From positions 189,122 to 253,121 of the forward strand of contig JAQGDQ010000343.1 of the NCBI GenBank assembly GCA_030141605.1: a stretch of 64,000 nucleotides of DNA, read 5' to 3'. Made by a program: the position numbers and the translations under genes. Positions 1 through 14,000 of the stretch are shown one piece after another. Below the pieces are notes generated by a model. That model saw only the letters and a program-made list of their open reading frames with translations, made no database searches and had not been told where the DNA came from. How positions within the stretch are numbered: the stretch's first letter is position 1; each line of letters begins with the position of its first letter. The stretch comes from Tubiluchus corallicola. Taxonomy: Eukaryota > Animalia > Priapulida.

Positions 1-1287
1 AATTGTGTTAAACTGTTTACTTTTTAACGGACTTGAAAATGAGGTAGTGTATGAAAAATCACCGTGTCTTTCTTTAATAATACAGAAGTCACCACTAAAT
101 AAGACCAGCTACAGATTAGAACCATTTAGGCACGATCTGCCATTATTCCCATAGAAACTATTGTTACGAACATTCGGGTAATAAAACCAGGGTGTCGTTA
201 ATGAGACCACATTTTTCAGTAATATGTGACAAAAGCTATAGTAGATGAAAAAATAAAATGTACTTTTGGTACTTTGCCTATTTTGACTGCACACAGTTTT
301 CTAGATTCACCTCGTCTTAGTCAAAGTTACACTGAAAGCTAAAGTCAATCGTTTCATCGTTTCATCGCAACAGCTTTACATGTGCAGCTGCTAAAGTACA
401 TTTCAGTGAACTTGAATCACTGTTGTACGCTCAATTCATTCTGTAGGTAAGTGAGTGAGCTGCTTATTAGTATGAAGCTGCTGCCCATCGTGTTTTGCGA
501 AATACACAAGCTTGCAACGAAACACCGTTTATTAGGAAGACCTACATATTTTTAAAGCACAAGTAAACCCTCCACTTACATAAAGCTTAAAAAATTCGTT
601 TCGAAATTTTATACCACTTACATACTACCTTTTCGTATGCATGGCTTGCGTCAGCCTTAACGCTGTGTAAAACGTGTAAATTTAAACTCCCGCAATGACC
701 GTTAGGCGCAGCCATTTTAATGGTAAGTCATTTGATAACATGAAGTAAAGCTTGAAAAAATAATCAGAGCATTCGTAGCACACACGTCACTAACTAAGTA
801 AAATTTTAAATTACTTGTACCTTGTCAATAAGATCAAAAATACGTTTTTGGCTATTGAGTGGCGCACCCTAGAGGGTGAGTCAGTGACATTTTACCAATT
901 GGCACAAACATTTTAAATTATTAATCTAGTTACATAAGTCTCTCCAGCACGTAAGTGAAATGCTAAGTAATATAGATTTGCATGCAAAGTTTTTTGGGAC
1001 ATAATTTAACATTTCCTTTTCTTCCCCTGATTTACGTGGCATAGTGACGTCATGTAATGGCATCGGGACAGGATTGCGGGTGATTTAAAATGAAAACGAA
1101 AATTCCTTTCAATGCGAGTACGATAATTGCATAAAATTGCTATAAAGTAATATAATTTTTTAAGGTGATTTTTCTGAAACCAACTCTAGGTGCCCTTTTC
1201 TTAGCCATTAAATATGGTGGCTGTTGTACCACATATCATAACTATTTCTTTCATTTTTTTAAAATTAAGAATGTTTTTTTATTACAG

Positions 1288-1451
1288 GGAACAATTCATA
1301 ACGGCGAATCTGCTTTTCTACACGGTTCTGTTTCAAGTGTACGTGCCCCGCGTGTTCCGAACAGATCTGAGCAGTCCTAGGAACGCTTACATGCTCTTCC
1401 GGGTCACCAAAATTTTCAGCCTGTCAAATCTTAGCAATATTCTACAACAAG
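1288..1451 (+). CDS. SMPD4: SMPD4 (sphingomyelin phosphodiesterase 4 / neutral sphingomyelinase 3) internal exon; upstream exons lie outside the window
   Basis: ttacAG acceptor, G|GTAAGA donor. Translates (W)EQFITANLLFYTVLFQVYVPRVFRTDLSSPRNAYMLFRVTKIFSLSNLSNILQQ, matching the SMPD4 segment [36 protein letters not shown]. Its phase-1 end joins the exon at 34140. Confidence 0.9.
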
Positions 1452-2377
1452 GTAAGACACTACACTTTTAATTTTCATAAATAAAATATTGCGACTACTT
1501 TTTCAGCGTCACAACCCCCCCTGGCTTTCACGTCATTCGTAAGTCACAGCGTCGACAAGAAGGTATTGTCACTCTATTACATTTTTACAAGTAATCGGAC
1601 AATTATTAATAAAATAAGAATCAACTTATTAGTTTGTATGTCTTGGACAAGAAAGCACGTGTTTTGATAAATCCATCGCCTTCTGTTGCAAGATGAAAAA
1701 CTGATACGAAAAAGCATAAAAATGTAATTTATAAGTCCATGGCAACCAACATTCGTACGGTTGCTAAGTTTTTTGTAGAAACGCGATAAAAACAATGGTT
1801 GATTTTAACGGTGATTTTCTCAAGGTTAGATTTTTCATTGCATGACCTGCACCTCAACTTCAACGTGGATTATCTCAGATTAGAAATAATCCAGACCAAT
1901 GAGCTTGGTATCAAAATGATCCTCATGAAATGGAGATTCAGTATACGTGAATAACTAGAAAAACTTAATTGCTGACTTATGCACGATTTTGCTATGCAAG
2001 CACCTAAATGCTTGTAGTTCCAAAACTTACTTGTGATTTAAGGGTTACAGCTCTGAATGACAGGCAAGATAGTATGAAGTTGCACGCTGTACGTGGTTCG
2101 TGCTTGAATTGCTAAGCTGCCACTTCTAATAAGACTTTTTTGCTAAATATGAGAAGTGAGCAACTGTGTGTTTGAAAATAACTGGTCTGCATTTAAAGGC
2201 TTTGGTCTCATAAATTGGCTATCGTGTTAGGTAATAACGTATCCATGGTGAAAAATAATCAGGCAAAAAAACTTTTTGTATATTAAGTGTTTATTTTTCT
2301 CCATCAGTTTACATAAATGTAACAGTAAATATAGAAAAGATACAAATGTTCAACAGAGAAAGGGTGGCGAAAAAACC

Positions 2378-3165
2378 AAAGGTTAATGAGTCAGCCACCC
2401 TTCTCAGCAGGTTAACGAGTCAGCCACCCTTTTCAGATGGTTAACAAGTCAGCCACCCTTCTCAGAAGGTTAATGAGTCAACCACCCTTCTCAGACGGTT
2501 GGCGAGTCAACCACCCTTCTCAGAAGGTTAATGAGTCAACCACCCTTCTCAGAAGGTTAATGAGTCAACCACCCTTCTCAGAAGGTTAATGAGTCAGCCA
2601 TCCTTACCAGAAGGTTAACAAGTCAACCACCCTTCTCAGAAGGTTAATGAGTCAACCACCCTTCTCAGAAGGTTAATGAGTCAACCACCCTTCTCAGAAG
2701 GTTAATGAGTCAGCCATCCTTATCAGAAGGTTAACAAGTCAACCACCCTTCTCAGAAGGTTAATGAGTCAACCACCCTTCTCAGAAGGTTAATGAGTCAG
2801 CCACCCTTCTCAGAAGGTTAATGAGTCAACCACCCTTCTCAGAAGGTTAATGAGTCAACCACCCTTCTCAGAAGGTTAATGAGTCAGCCATCCTTATCAG
2901 AAGGTTAACAAGTCAACCACCCTTCTCAGAAGGTTAATGAGTCAACCACCCTTCTCAGAAGGTTAACAAGTCAACCACCCTTCTCAGAAGGTTAATAAGT
3001 CAGCCACCCTTCTCAGAAGGTTAACAAGTCAACCACCCTTCTCAGAAGGTTAATGAGTCAACCACCCTTCTCAGAAGGTTAACAAGTCAACCACCCTTCT
3101 CAGAAGGTTAATAAGTCAGCCACCCTTCTCAGAAGGTTAACAAGTCAGCCACCCTTCTCAGAAGA
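2378..3165. repeat. 29-bp minisatellite, about 27 copies
   Basis: Unit CAGAAGGTTAATGAGTCAACCACCCTTCT. Confidence 0.97.
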
Positions 3166-5019
3166 CAGTAGTAAACAAATGATACAAATGAACTGATTAT
3201 TTATAAATCAATAACGAAAAGTACATAAACATCCAGAAATACAAAATAAATGCAAAAACCTGCCATTTTTAAAAAAAATGCAAGTCAAAATTAAGAATAA
3301 AAACGTGGTTCAAACAAAAACCGGATCAAAATGAGAAAAATACTTAAATATTGAGAAAAAACAGTGGGAATAAATGAGAAAATATCGGGAATCAAGATTT
3401 CAGACAATGCATATTTCAAACAAGAATCAGATAAAGTTCAAATCACACAAACAAGAACAGAGCAAGACTGTTTAAGAAAAGTATGATATCATGATAATAC
3501 TGAACAAACTACCACGGCCTTATTATTCTATAGGCGAGTATAGGCTACAGCCTAGGGCATCTTAAGTTTCGGGGCCCTCGAGATTTGGTGACATTTGATA
3601 AAATAAAATATCCATTCTTTCACTATGGTTATGCTGAAATATGTGCTAATCTGGTTTGCAATAATAGTAAAATAGTGGTACATGTATTGCTGAAAGAATA
3701 TTTTCACAGACAAACAAAAGATAACTATTCTAGTTCATTTAAACAATTTGCAATTTTCAACCCATGTAAATGTCGTTAAAATATATAAGAAGTAAAAAAT
3801 GTGCAAGACGGGTGTGAGCGAGTTAGAGGGTGGTTCCGTCTGAGGGGCCCTCCATAATTTCATTAGCCCAGGGCCCCAAAAGGTCATAATCTGACATTGG
3901 ACCGTATTTATATACAGTAAAATATTAACTTCTCCTACAATGGCAAGTAACTTCAAGAGAAGTAATAACTGGAAAATAGATCTATATTGAGGCCATAAAT
4001 ATACATATAAATAACATTACATCAACATAAATCACATTAGAATTATTACTCAGAGAATTACAATAACAGTAAGTAAGCAATTTATTGTCATTATAGCATA
4101 ATACATATAATGAAATTTATGTGGCTTTACATACTGCAATAACTTATAGAAACAACAAGGAGATTAATGCAAATAATTCAATCAGTTGTACAGTAACATA
4201 GAGAATTAATATTGGAGATTTACTGAAATACTCTAGCAAAAAGATGAGTTGATGCTTGAATTTGAAGAATGACAAAATGTGATCCTGTTGTACTTTTCAT
4301 AACAGCAAAATATACAAAACAACTATACAATTTGAGGAATGAAAACACTTTAAGTTTTAAGCATAAAATTAAGGAAAAGTAAAAATAAAAATTAACAGTT
4401 GACGTTGCCACTCTGTTTTTGTTTTTAAAATAGCATTTAAAATATTTTAATGCACCAAAAAATAAACTCATTATCAAGTGCTTCAGTTACATCGTTTTCA
4501 TATCATTTTCTTTCATTTAGTTTTTTGGCGACAAAAAAACCACACAGTTGCATTTGCCCTTTTATTTCATTATATTAACATGTTTATGTAGGATTGCTCA
4601 TTGAGCTCAATGCATAAAATTGTTGATTAACAGTGCATTCTTGTTACTCAGGGCAAGAGTTACCAGTAATCATAGTAAGCCATTGGTCTAGGGCCCATGG
4701 GTATGTGAGGGTTGCACTGGAACAAATTTATCGCACAGCGCGCCAGCGTATAACCTTATTTCAAGTGTACATCTGGGGTTTCTTTATATAATATATTCAG
4801 AAACACAAGGGCTCCTGTACAGTATGTACAGGGCATGCAGTATGAGGCCCTGTGGATTATGGGGCCACTGCCACATTTTATCAAAAAGGAAATCTTCACT
4901 GCATTATCAAAAAGCTCCGCAACTTGGACGGTAGCTTCCGGCCTGGGGAGTAGGGTCTCTCAAACTCAGGTGCGCTAACATAATTCGTGAACTTTAATCA
5001 ACTAAGATCAAACAGCCAT

Positions 5020-8000
5020 GGATCAGCAAACGTAATGACAATGAATAATTAGTATGAACAAGCGGCTACTTTTTAACGACTGGATACACACAATTTGATA
5101 GCAGCATTGAGTTATTATCGTTGGACATGAGAAATTATTGATTTACTCAAACTATCATCCTTGAAAGTCTTTGCAACGCACCTAAAAACGAAAGAACGAT
5201 GACGACATCGCGAGGGAAGCATCTTCTCATATGAGATAGTATGCCGGGAAGCAGGAAAAATCAAAAAGAATGTTGATTCTTTTCCAATTTTAGTAGCAAA
5301 TTGTTCGTGTGCCACAAATATAGCTCTGCCGGATGAATCACCACTTTTCTCTTATTAACATCAAGTACAACAAAGTTTGCCTAACGTTTCACATGGTTTA
5401 TTATGGGGAGTTTTACACAGTTCTGCCTGTTGCCATATAGATTTTTCACCAGCCATACAAATCGGCATATGTGCATCCAGAGTACCTACTTCCTTGTCAT
5501 CAAAAACACATTGTAAGACTTTACAGGATGCTTCCTATCTGTCACCCTCTCAATTTCCAATGCACACCTTGCGAGAAACAAGGAAAAAATAATGTGCCTG
5601 ACAAAAGTGCTAATGAAAACAGACCTTTATGGCAAAACCGTGGAGTTTGATGAAGAATCGTGTATGATAAAATTGATTACTATTCTGAAGTATCAGCCAG
5701 ACAAGGTGATTGATTCATACATGATCAAAGAAGCTTTTCTACAAGAAGTGAACAGAGCTTCCGAAGGTGACATGTGGAATGAAAAGAACATTGTTCAGCA
5801 TGTACTGAGCTTCTTGCAATATATATCTGCATGTTGTAGACATAGGAACTCTCTTAAAACACTATTTGTAATATCTATAGGTTTCTGTGTCGAAAACTCT
5901 CCACTGCCTGCCCTTGTACAAGTTTCCACAAACTATGGTGACAGTTTGCATGAAAGCTTTTACGATGGCAGACACCTGCATCCACATATTTATAGGTTTC
6001 TGTGTCGAAAAGACTCCACTGCCTGCCCTTGTACAATTTTCCACAAAAAATGGTGACAGTTTGCATGAAAGTCGTTATGATGGCAGACACCTGCATCCAC
6101 ATTACTGTCTTTATGAAAGTTTACATTTATCAAATACAAATTTATGCAAATTGCATGTCTGGCCATGACAAAGGTAATCGGAAAAGAAGATTAACACTTT
6201 TCTTTTACTAACATCGAGTACAACAAAGTTTGCCTCACGTTTCACATGATTTATTATGGAGAGTATTATAAAGTCCTACCTGTAGCCATAGATTTTTCAC
6301 CTGCCATTGAAATAGCCAAATGTGAATCCAGAGTACCTACTTCCTTGTCATCAAAAACACATTGTAAGACATTACAGGATGCTTCCTATCTTACACCTTT
6401 TCAGTTACATGCTGTTTGCAAACCTATGACCAACATTTCTGACAACTCTTTGTAGAAACTGACAACAAGTCAGAAAGAAAGCATTGGAATAAAAAAATAG
6501 CCAGAATTGAGGAAAAGAGAGAAATCCAGAGTACCTACTTCCTTGTCATCAAAAACACATTGTAAGACATTACAGGATGCTTCCTATCTTACACCTTTTC
6601 AGTTACATGCTGTTTGCAAACCTATGACCAACATTTCTGACAACTCTTTGTAGAAACTGACAACAAGTCAGAAAGAAAGCATTGGAATAAAAAAATTGCC
6701 AGAATTGAGGAAAAGAGAGTAATGCACCTGACAAAGGTGCTAATGAAAAAAGAACTTTATGGCAAAATCTTGGAGTTTGACAAATAACGTCTTCTCAATG
6801 TTTATGAGAAGGTCAACATTGGAAAGTTGTTTAATACTCAAAAATATCAACCTTGCAAGTTAATTGACAGTTATCTAATGAAAACGGCTTTTCTGCAAGA
6901 AGTAAAGGAAGTTTCCAAAGACGACTTGCGGAGTGAAGAGAATACTGTTTAGCGTGTACTGAACTTTTTGCAATATATATCTACGTGTTGTAGATATAGG
7001 AACTCTCGTAAAACACTATTTGTAATATTTATAGGTTTCTGTGTCGAAAAGGCTCCACTGCCTGCCCTTGTACAATTTTCCACAAAAGATGATACTTTCT
7101 TGGCATCAAAAACACATTGTAAGGGACTAGTTGTATGTAAACCCTTGACAAACCTTTCTGACAACTCATTCTGAACACTGATCTCAAGTGAAAAGAAAGT
7201 TTGATAATACAATACATGCCAGAATCAATGAAAAGAGTAGTGTGCCTGACAAAAGCATTACTCAAAGAAGACATTTATGGCAAAGTGGCAGACGAAGAAC
7301 GTCTTTCCAATGTGTATGAGAAAATCAACATTGGAAAGTTGTTTAACATTCTGATGTTCCAGCCTGACAAGCTGACAGATTCGTATCTGATTTAGTTGTA
7401 GATTTAGGTCTGTGCCACACTACATCCCGCATGACAACTTCGTTGACGTCAAAAGCACATTGTAAGACACTGCAAAGTACTTCCTATCTGTCACTCTTTG
7501 AGTTACATGCTGCACATAAACCTATACTATACTATTATCATACCATTTTATCGTGCTATTATTATATTTGACTCACTTGCTAAAGAAGTCATTAATGGAT
7601 GCGGGAATTTGGAAGTTATCAATACCACACTACACAAGGCATCTCCTAGCTTAGTGAGCAGGACCGCCGAAAATTCGGTTTAAAAAATTGGAATTTAAAA
7701 CATGCTTATTGAAAACATATTAAATCAATAGAAACTTTTCTTAAAGAAGACATTGGCAACATTTCTACATTATGCAATTCGAAATAAAGACTTGAAGCTT
7801 CTTCAACTTTTGTTGGAGAATGGAAGTGATCCAGGTAATAAGGAAGGTGATGCACTGCTACACCTAGCTGCACACGCATGTATCAGATGCAGAAGTGGCA
7901 TAGTACAACATTTAGTAGAACATCGCATTGACATCGAAAAAGAAGACATTAAGAGGCAGCCGACAATCAACGACGAGTATAAAGATCAAACGGGATATTA

Positions 8001-11000
8001 ATTCTTTTCCTGCTTTTGTGGGAAGCAGTTCATGTGGCATAAACATTGGCCTCCTGGATGAATATGATTACTTGATTGTTTTAAAGCAGTTCAGTAATAA
8101 CAATACTATTTTTCCTAACCCTGTACAGATTGATACAAAAAAGGATTGCATCCGCATTGCAATCTTTATGAAAACTCACATTTGTCAAGTACACTTAAGT
8201 ACAAAATTGTGTAAATTGCATGTCAAGCCATGGCAAATGTAATCAGCAGAAGAGATTAATGCTTTTCTCTTACTAACATCGAGTTCAACAAAGCTTGGCT
8301 AGCGTTTTGTATCTTTTATTATGGAGAGTTTTACAAAGTTTTGCCTGTTGCCATAGATTTTTCACCAGCCGTTGAAATCTGCAAATGTGAATCCAAAGTG
8401 CCAACTTCTAAGTAACTTGTTAGGCACAAAAACACATGTAAGACACTACAGGATGCTTCCTGTCTGTCAGCCTGCCAGTTACATTCTGTATTTAAATCTA
8501 TGACCAACATTTCTGACAACTCTTTGTGGACACTGACATCAAGTCAGAAAGAAAGCATTGGAATACAAAACTTGCCAGAATCTAGGAAAAGAGAGTAATG
8601 CACCTGACAAAGGTGCTAATGAAAAAAGAACTTTATGGCAAAACCTTGGAGTTTGACGAATGTCTTCTCAATGTTTATGACAAAGTCAACATTGGAAAGT
8701 TGTTTAATATTCAAAAAATTTCAACCGTGCAAGTTAATTGACAGTTATCTAATGAAAACGGCTTTTCTGCAAGAAGTAAAGGAAGTTTCCAAAGACGACT
8801 TGCGGAGTGAAGAGAATACTGTTTAGCGTGTACTGAGCTTTTTGCAATATATATCTACGTGTTGTAGATATAGGAACTCTCTTAAAACACTATTTGTAAT
8901 ATTTATAGGTTTCTGTGTCGAAAACTCTCCACTGCCTGCCCTTGTACAATAAACCACAAACTATGGTGACAGTTTACATGAAAGCTTTTACGATGGCAGA
9001 CACCTGCATCCACATATTTATAGGTTTCTGTGTCGAAAAGACTCCACTGCCTGCCCTTGTACAATTTTCCACAAAAAATGGTGACAGTTTGCATGAAAGT
9101 CGTTATGATGGCAGACACCTGCATCCACATTACTGTCTTTATGAAAGTTCACATTTATCAAATACACTTAAAGACAAATTTATGCAAATTGCATGTCTGG
9201 CCATGACAAAGGTAATCGGAAAAGAAGATTAACACTTTTCTCTTACTAACATCGAGTACAACAAAGTTTGCCTCACGTTTCACATGATTTATTATGGAGA
9301 GTATTATAAAGTCCTACCTGTAGCCATAGATTTTTCACCTGCCATTGAAATAGCCAAATGTGAATCCAGAGTACCTACTTCCTTGTCATCAAAAACACAT
9401 TGTAAGACATTACAGGATGCTTCCTATCTTACACCTTTTCAGTTACATGCTGTTTGCAAACCTATGACCAACATTTCTGACAACTCTTTGTAGAAACTGA
9501 CAACAAGTCAGAAAGAAAGCATTGGAATAAAAAAATTGCCAGAATTGAGGAAAAGAGAGAAATCCAGAGTACCTACTTCCTTGTCATCAAAAACACATTG
9601 TAAGACATTACAGGATGCTTCCTATCTTACACCTTTTCAGTTACATGCTGTTTGCAAACCTATGACCAACATTTCTGACAACTCTTTGTAGAAACTGACA
9701 ACAAGTCAGAAAGAAAGCATTGGAATAAAAAAATTGCCAGAATTGAGGAAAAGAGAGTAATGCACCTGACAAAGGTGCTAATGAAAAAAGAACTTTATGG
9801 CAAAATCTTGGAGTTTGACAAATAACGTCTTCTCAATGTTTATGAGAAGGTCAACATTGGAAAGTTGTTTAATACTCAAAAATATCAACCTTGCAAGTTA
9901 ATTGACAGTTATCTAATGAAAACGGCTTTTCTGCAAGAAGTAAAGGAAGTTTCCAAAGACGACTTGCGGAGTGAAGAGAATACTGTTTAGCGTGTACTGA
10001 GCTTTTTGTAATATATATCTACGTGTTGTAGATATAGGAACTCTCGTAAAACACTATTTGTAATATTTATAGGTTTCTGTGTCGAAAAGGCTTCACTGCC
10101 TGCCCTTGTACAATTTTCCACAAAAGATGATACTTTCTTGGCATCAAAAACACATTGTAAGGGACTAATTGTATGTAAACCCTTGACAAACCTTTCTGAC
10201 AACTCATTCTGAACACTGATCTCAAGTGAAAAGAAAGTTTGATAATACAATACATGCCAGAATCAAAAAAAATAGTAATGTGCCTGACAAAAGCATTACT
10301 CAAAGAAGACATTTACGGCAAAGTGGCAGACAAAGAACGTCTTTCCAATGTGTATGAGAAAATCAACATTGGAAAGTTGTTTAATATTCTGAAGTTCCAG
10401 CCTGACAAGCTGACAGATTCGTATCTGATTTAGTTGTAGATTTAGGTCTGTGCCACACTACATCCCGCATGACAACTTCGTTGACGTCAAAAGCACATTG
10501 TAAGACACTGCAAAGTACTTCCTATCTGCACCCTTTGAGTTACATGCTGCACATAAACCTATACTATACTATTATCATACCATTTTATCGTGCTATTATT
10601 ATATTTGATTCACTTGCTAAAGAAGTCATTAATGGATGCGGGAATTTGGAAGTTATCGATACCACACTACACAAGGCATCTCCTAGCTTAGGGAGCGGGA
10701 CCGCCGAAAATTCGGCTTCGAAATTCGAATTTAAAACATGCTTATTGAAAACATATTAAATCAATAGAAACTTTTATTAAAGAAGACCTTGGCAACACAG
10801 TTCTACATTATGTGATTCGAAATAAAGACTTGAAGCTTCTTCAACTTTTGTTGGAGAATGGAAGTGATCCAGGTATCTCCTGTAATAAGGAAGGTGACGC
10901 ACTGCTACACACGTATATATCAGATGCAGAAGTGGCATAGGACAACATTTAGTAGAACATCGCGTTGACATCGAAAAAGAAGACAATAAGAGACAGCCTT

Positions 11001-14000
11001 GGATTTGTACATAAACTTAGTGAATGTACGGACAATCAACGACGAGTATAATGATCAAACGGGATATTAATTCTTTTCCTGCTTTTGTGGGAAGCAGTTC
11101 ATGTGGAATAAAAAACGGGATATTAATTCTTTTCCTGCTTTTGTGGGCAGCAGTTCATGTGGCATAAACATTGGCCTCCTGGATGAATATGATTACTTGA
11201 TTGTTTTAAAGCAGTTCAGTAATAAAAATACTATTTTTCCTAACCTTGTACTGTTTTGTACAAAAAAGGATCGCATCCGCATTGCAATCTTTATGAAAAC
11301 TCACATTTGTCAAGTACACTTAAGTACGAAATTGTGCAAATTGCATGTCAAGCCATGGCAAATGTAATCAGCAGAAGAGATTAATGCTTTTCTCTTACTA
11401 ACATCGAGTACAACAAAGCTTGGCTAACGTTTCATATCTTTTATTATGGAGAGTTTTACAAAGTTTTGCCTCTAGCCATAGATTTTTCACCTGCCGTTGA
11501 AATCTGCAAATGTGAATCCAAAGTGCCAACTTCTTAGGCACAAAAACACATGTAAGACACCACAAGATGCTTCCTGTTCGTCAGCCTGCCAGTTACATTC
11601 TGTATGTAAATCTACGACGACCATTTCTGACAACTCTTTGTGGACACTGACATCAAGTCAGAAAGAAAGCATTGGAATACAAAACTTGCCAGAATCAAGG
11701 AAAAGAGAGTAATGCACCTGACAAAGGTGCTAGTGAAAAAAGAACTTTATGGCAAAACCTTGGAGTTTGACGAATAATGTCTTCTCAATGTTTATGACAA
11801 AGTCAACATTGGAAAGTTGTTTAACATTCAAAAAATTTCAACCGTGCAAGTTAATTGACCCCTATCTTATGAAAACAGCCTTTCTGCAAGAAGTAAAAGA
11901 GGTTTCCAAAGACGACTTGTGGAGTGAAGAGAATACTGTTCAGCATGTACTGAGCATTTTGCAACATGTATATCTGCATGTTGTAGAAATAGGTCTATAC
12001 CACACTGCAGGCTGGATGACAACTTCCTTGACATAAAAACACTGTAAGACACTATAGGATCTTCCTGTCTGTCACCCCTTTCAGTTACAAGTTGTTTGTA
12101 AGCCTTTGACAAACATTTTTGACAATTCTTTGTAGACACTGACATCAAGTCAGAAAGAAGCGTTGGAATACAAAACTTGCGAGAATCAAGGAAACCAGTA
12201 TTGCACTTAACAAGAGTGCTAATGAAAAGAACTTTATGCCAAAACCTTGGAGTTTGATGAAGAATGTTATGCCTATGTCTGCGACAAAATCAATACTGGA
12301 AAGTTTATTAATATTCTGAGGTTCTAGCTGGGTATTTTAATAGATTCTTACCTGATCAAAGCAGTTTTTCTGCAAAAAGTGAAAGAAGTTTGCAAAGACA
12401 ACTTGTGGAGGAAAGAGAATACTGTTCAGCATGTAGTGATCATTTTGCAATAGATATCTGCATGTTGTAGATATAGGTCTATGACACACTGCAGACTGAA
12501 TGTCTTGGCATCAAAAGCACATTGTAAGGGACTAGTTGTATGTAAACCCTTGACAAACCTTTCTGACAACTCATTCTGAACACTGATCTCAAGTGAAAAG
12601 AAAGTTTGATAATACAATACATGCCAGAATCAAAAAAATAGTAATGTGCCTGACAAAAGCATTACTGAACGAAGACATTTACAGCAAGACCCGCTTTGAT
12701 GAAGAACGTCTTCTCAATGCCTATGACAAAATCAGCAACAGAAAGTTGATTAATGTTCTGAAGTTCCAGCCAGACAAGTTAACAGATAGTGAACAAAGCT
12801 TTCGGAGATGACTTGTGGAGTGAAGAGACTGTGTACTGAGCATTTTGCAATATAAGTCTACATGTTGTAGATTTAGGTCTATGCCACACTACATGCCGGA
12901 TGACAACTTCCTTGGTATCAAAAACACATTGTAAGATACTACAGGATGCTTCCTATCTGTCACCTTTTCAGTTACATGCTGTTTGTAAACCTTTGACAAA
13001 AATTTCTGACAATTCTTTGTAGACACTGACATCAAGTCAAAAAGAAAGTTCGATGATACAATACATGCCAGAATCAATGAAAAGAGTAGTGTGCTTGACA
13101 AAAGCATTACTCAAAGAAGACATTTACGGCAAAATGGCAGACGAAGAACGTCTTCCCAATGTCTATGAGAAAATCAACATTGGAAAGTTGTTTAACATTC
13201 TGATGTTCCAGCCTGACAAGCAGACAGATTCGTATCTGATTTAGTTGTAGATTTAGGTCTGTGCCACACTACATGCCGCATGACAACTTCGTTGACGTCA
13301 AAAGCACATTGTAAGACACTGCAAAGTACTTCCTATCTGTCACCCTTTGAGTTACATGCTGCACATAAACCTATACTATACTATTATCATACCATTTTAT
13401 CGTGCTATTATTATATTTGATTCACTTGCTAAAGAAGTTATTAATGGATGTGGGAATTTGGAAGTTATCGATACGACACTACACAAGGCATCTCGTAGCT
13501 TAGGGAGCGGGACCGCCGAAAATTCGGCTTCGAAATTCGAATTTAAAACATGCTTATTGAAAACATATTAAATCAATAGAAACTTTTCTTAAAGAAGACC
13601 TTGGCAACACAGTTCTACATTATCTGATTCAAAATAAAGACTTGAAGCTTCTTCAACTTTTGTTGGAGAATGGAAGTGATCCAGGTATCTCCTGTAATAA
13701 GGAAGGTGATGCACTGCTACACACGTATATATCAGATGCAGAAGTGGCATAATACACCATTTAGTAGAACATCGCGTTGACATCAAAAAAGAAGACAATA
13801 AGAGACAGCCTTGGATTTGTACATAAACTTAGTGAATGTACGGACAATCAACGACGAGTATAATGATCAAACGGGATATTAATTCTTTTCCTGCTTTTGT
13901 GGGAAGCACTTCATGTGGCATAAGCATTGGCCTCCTGGATTACTTGATTGTTTTAAAGCAGTTCAGTAATAAACATACTATTTTTCCTAACCTTGTACAG

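Noticed and set aside
5592-6056. 154-aa ORF as a functional cGLR
   Set aside because: Contains only the C-terminal helical part fused out of order to a middle fragment, and lacks the catalytic motifs.
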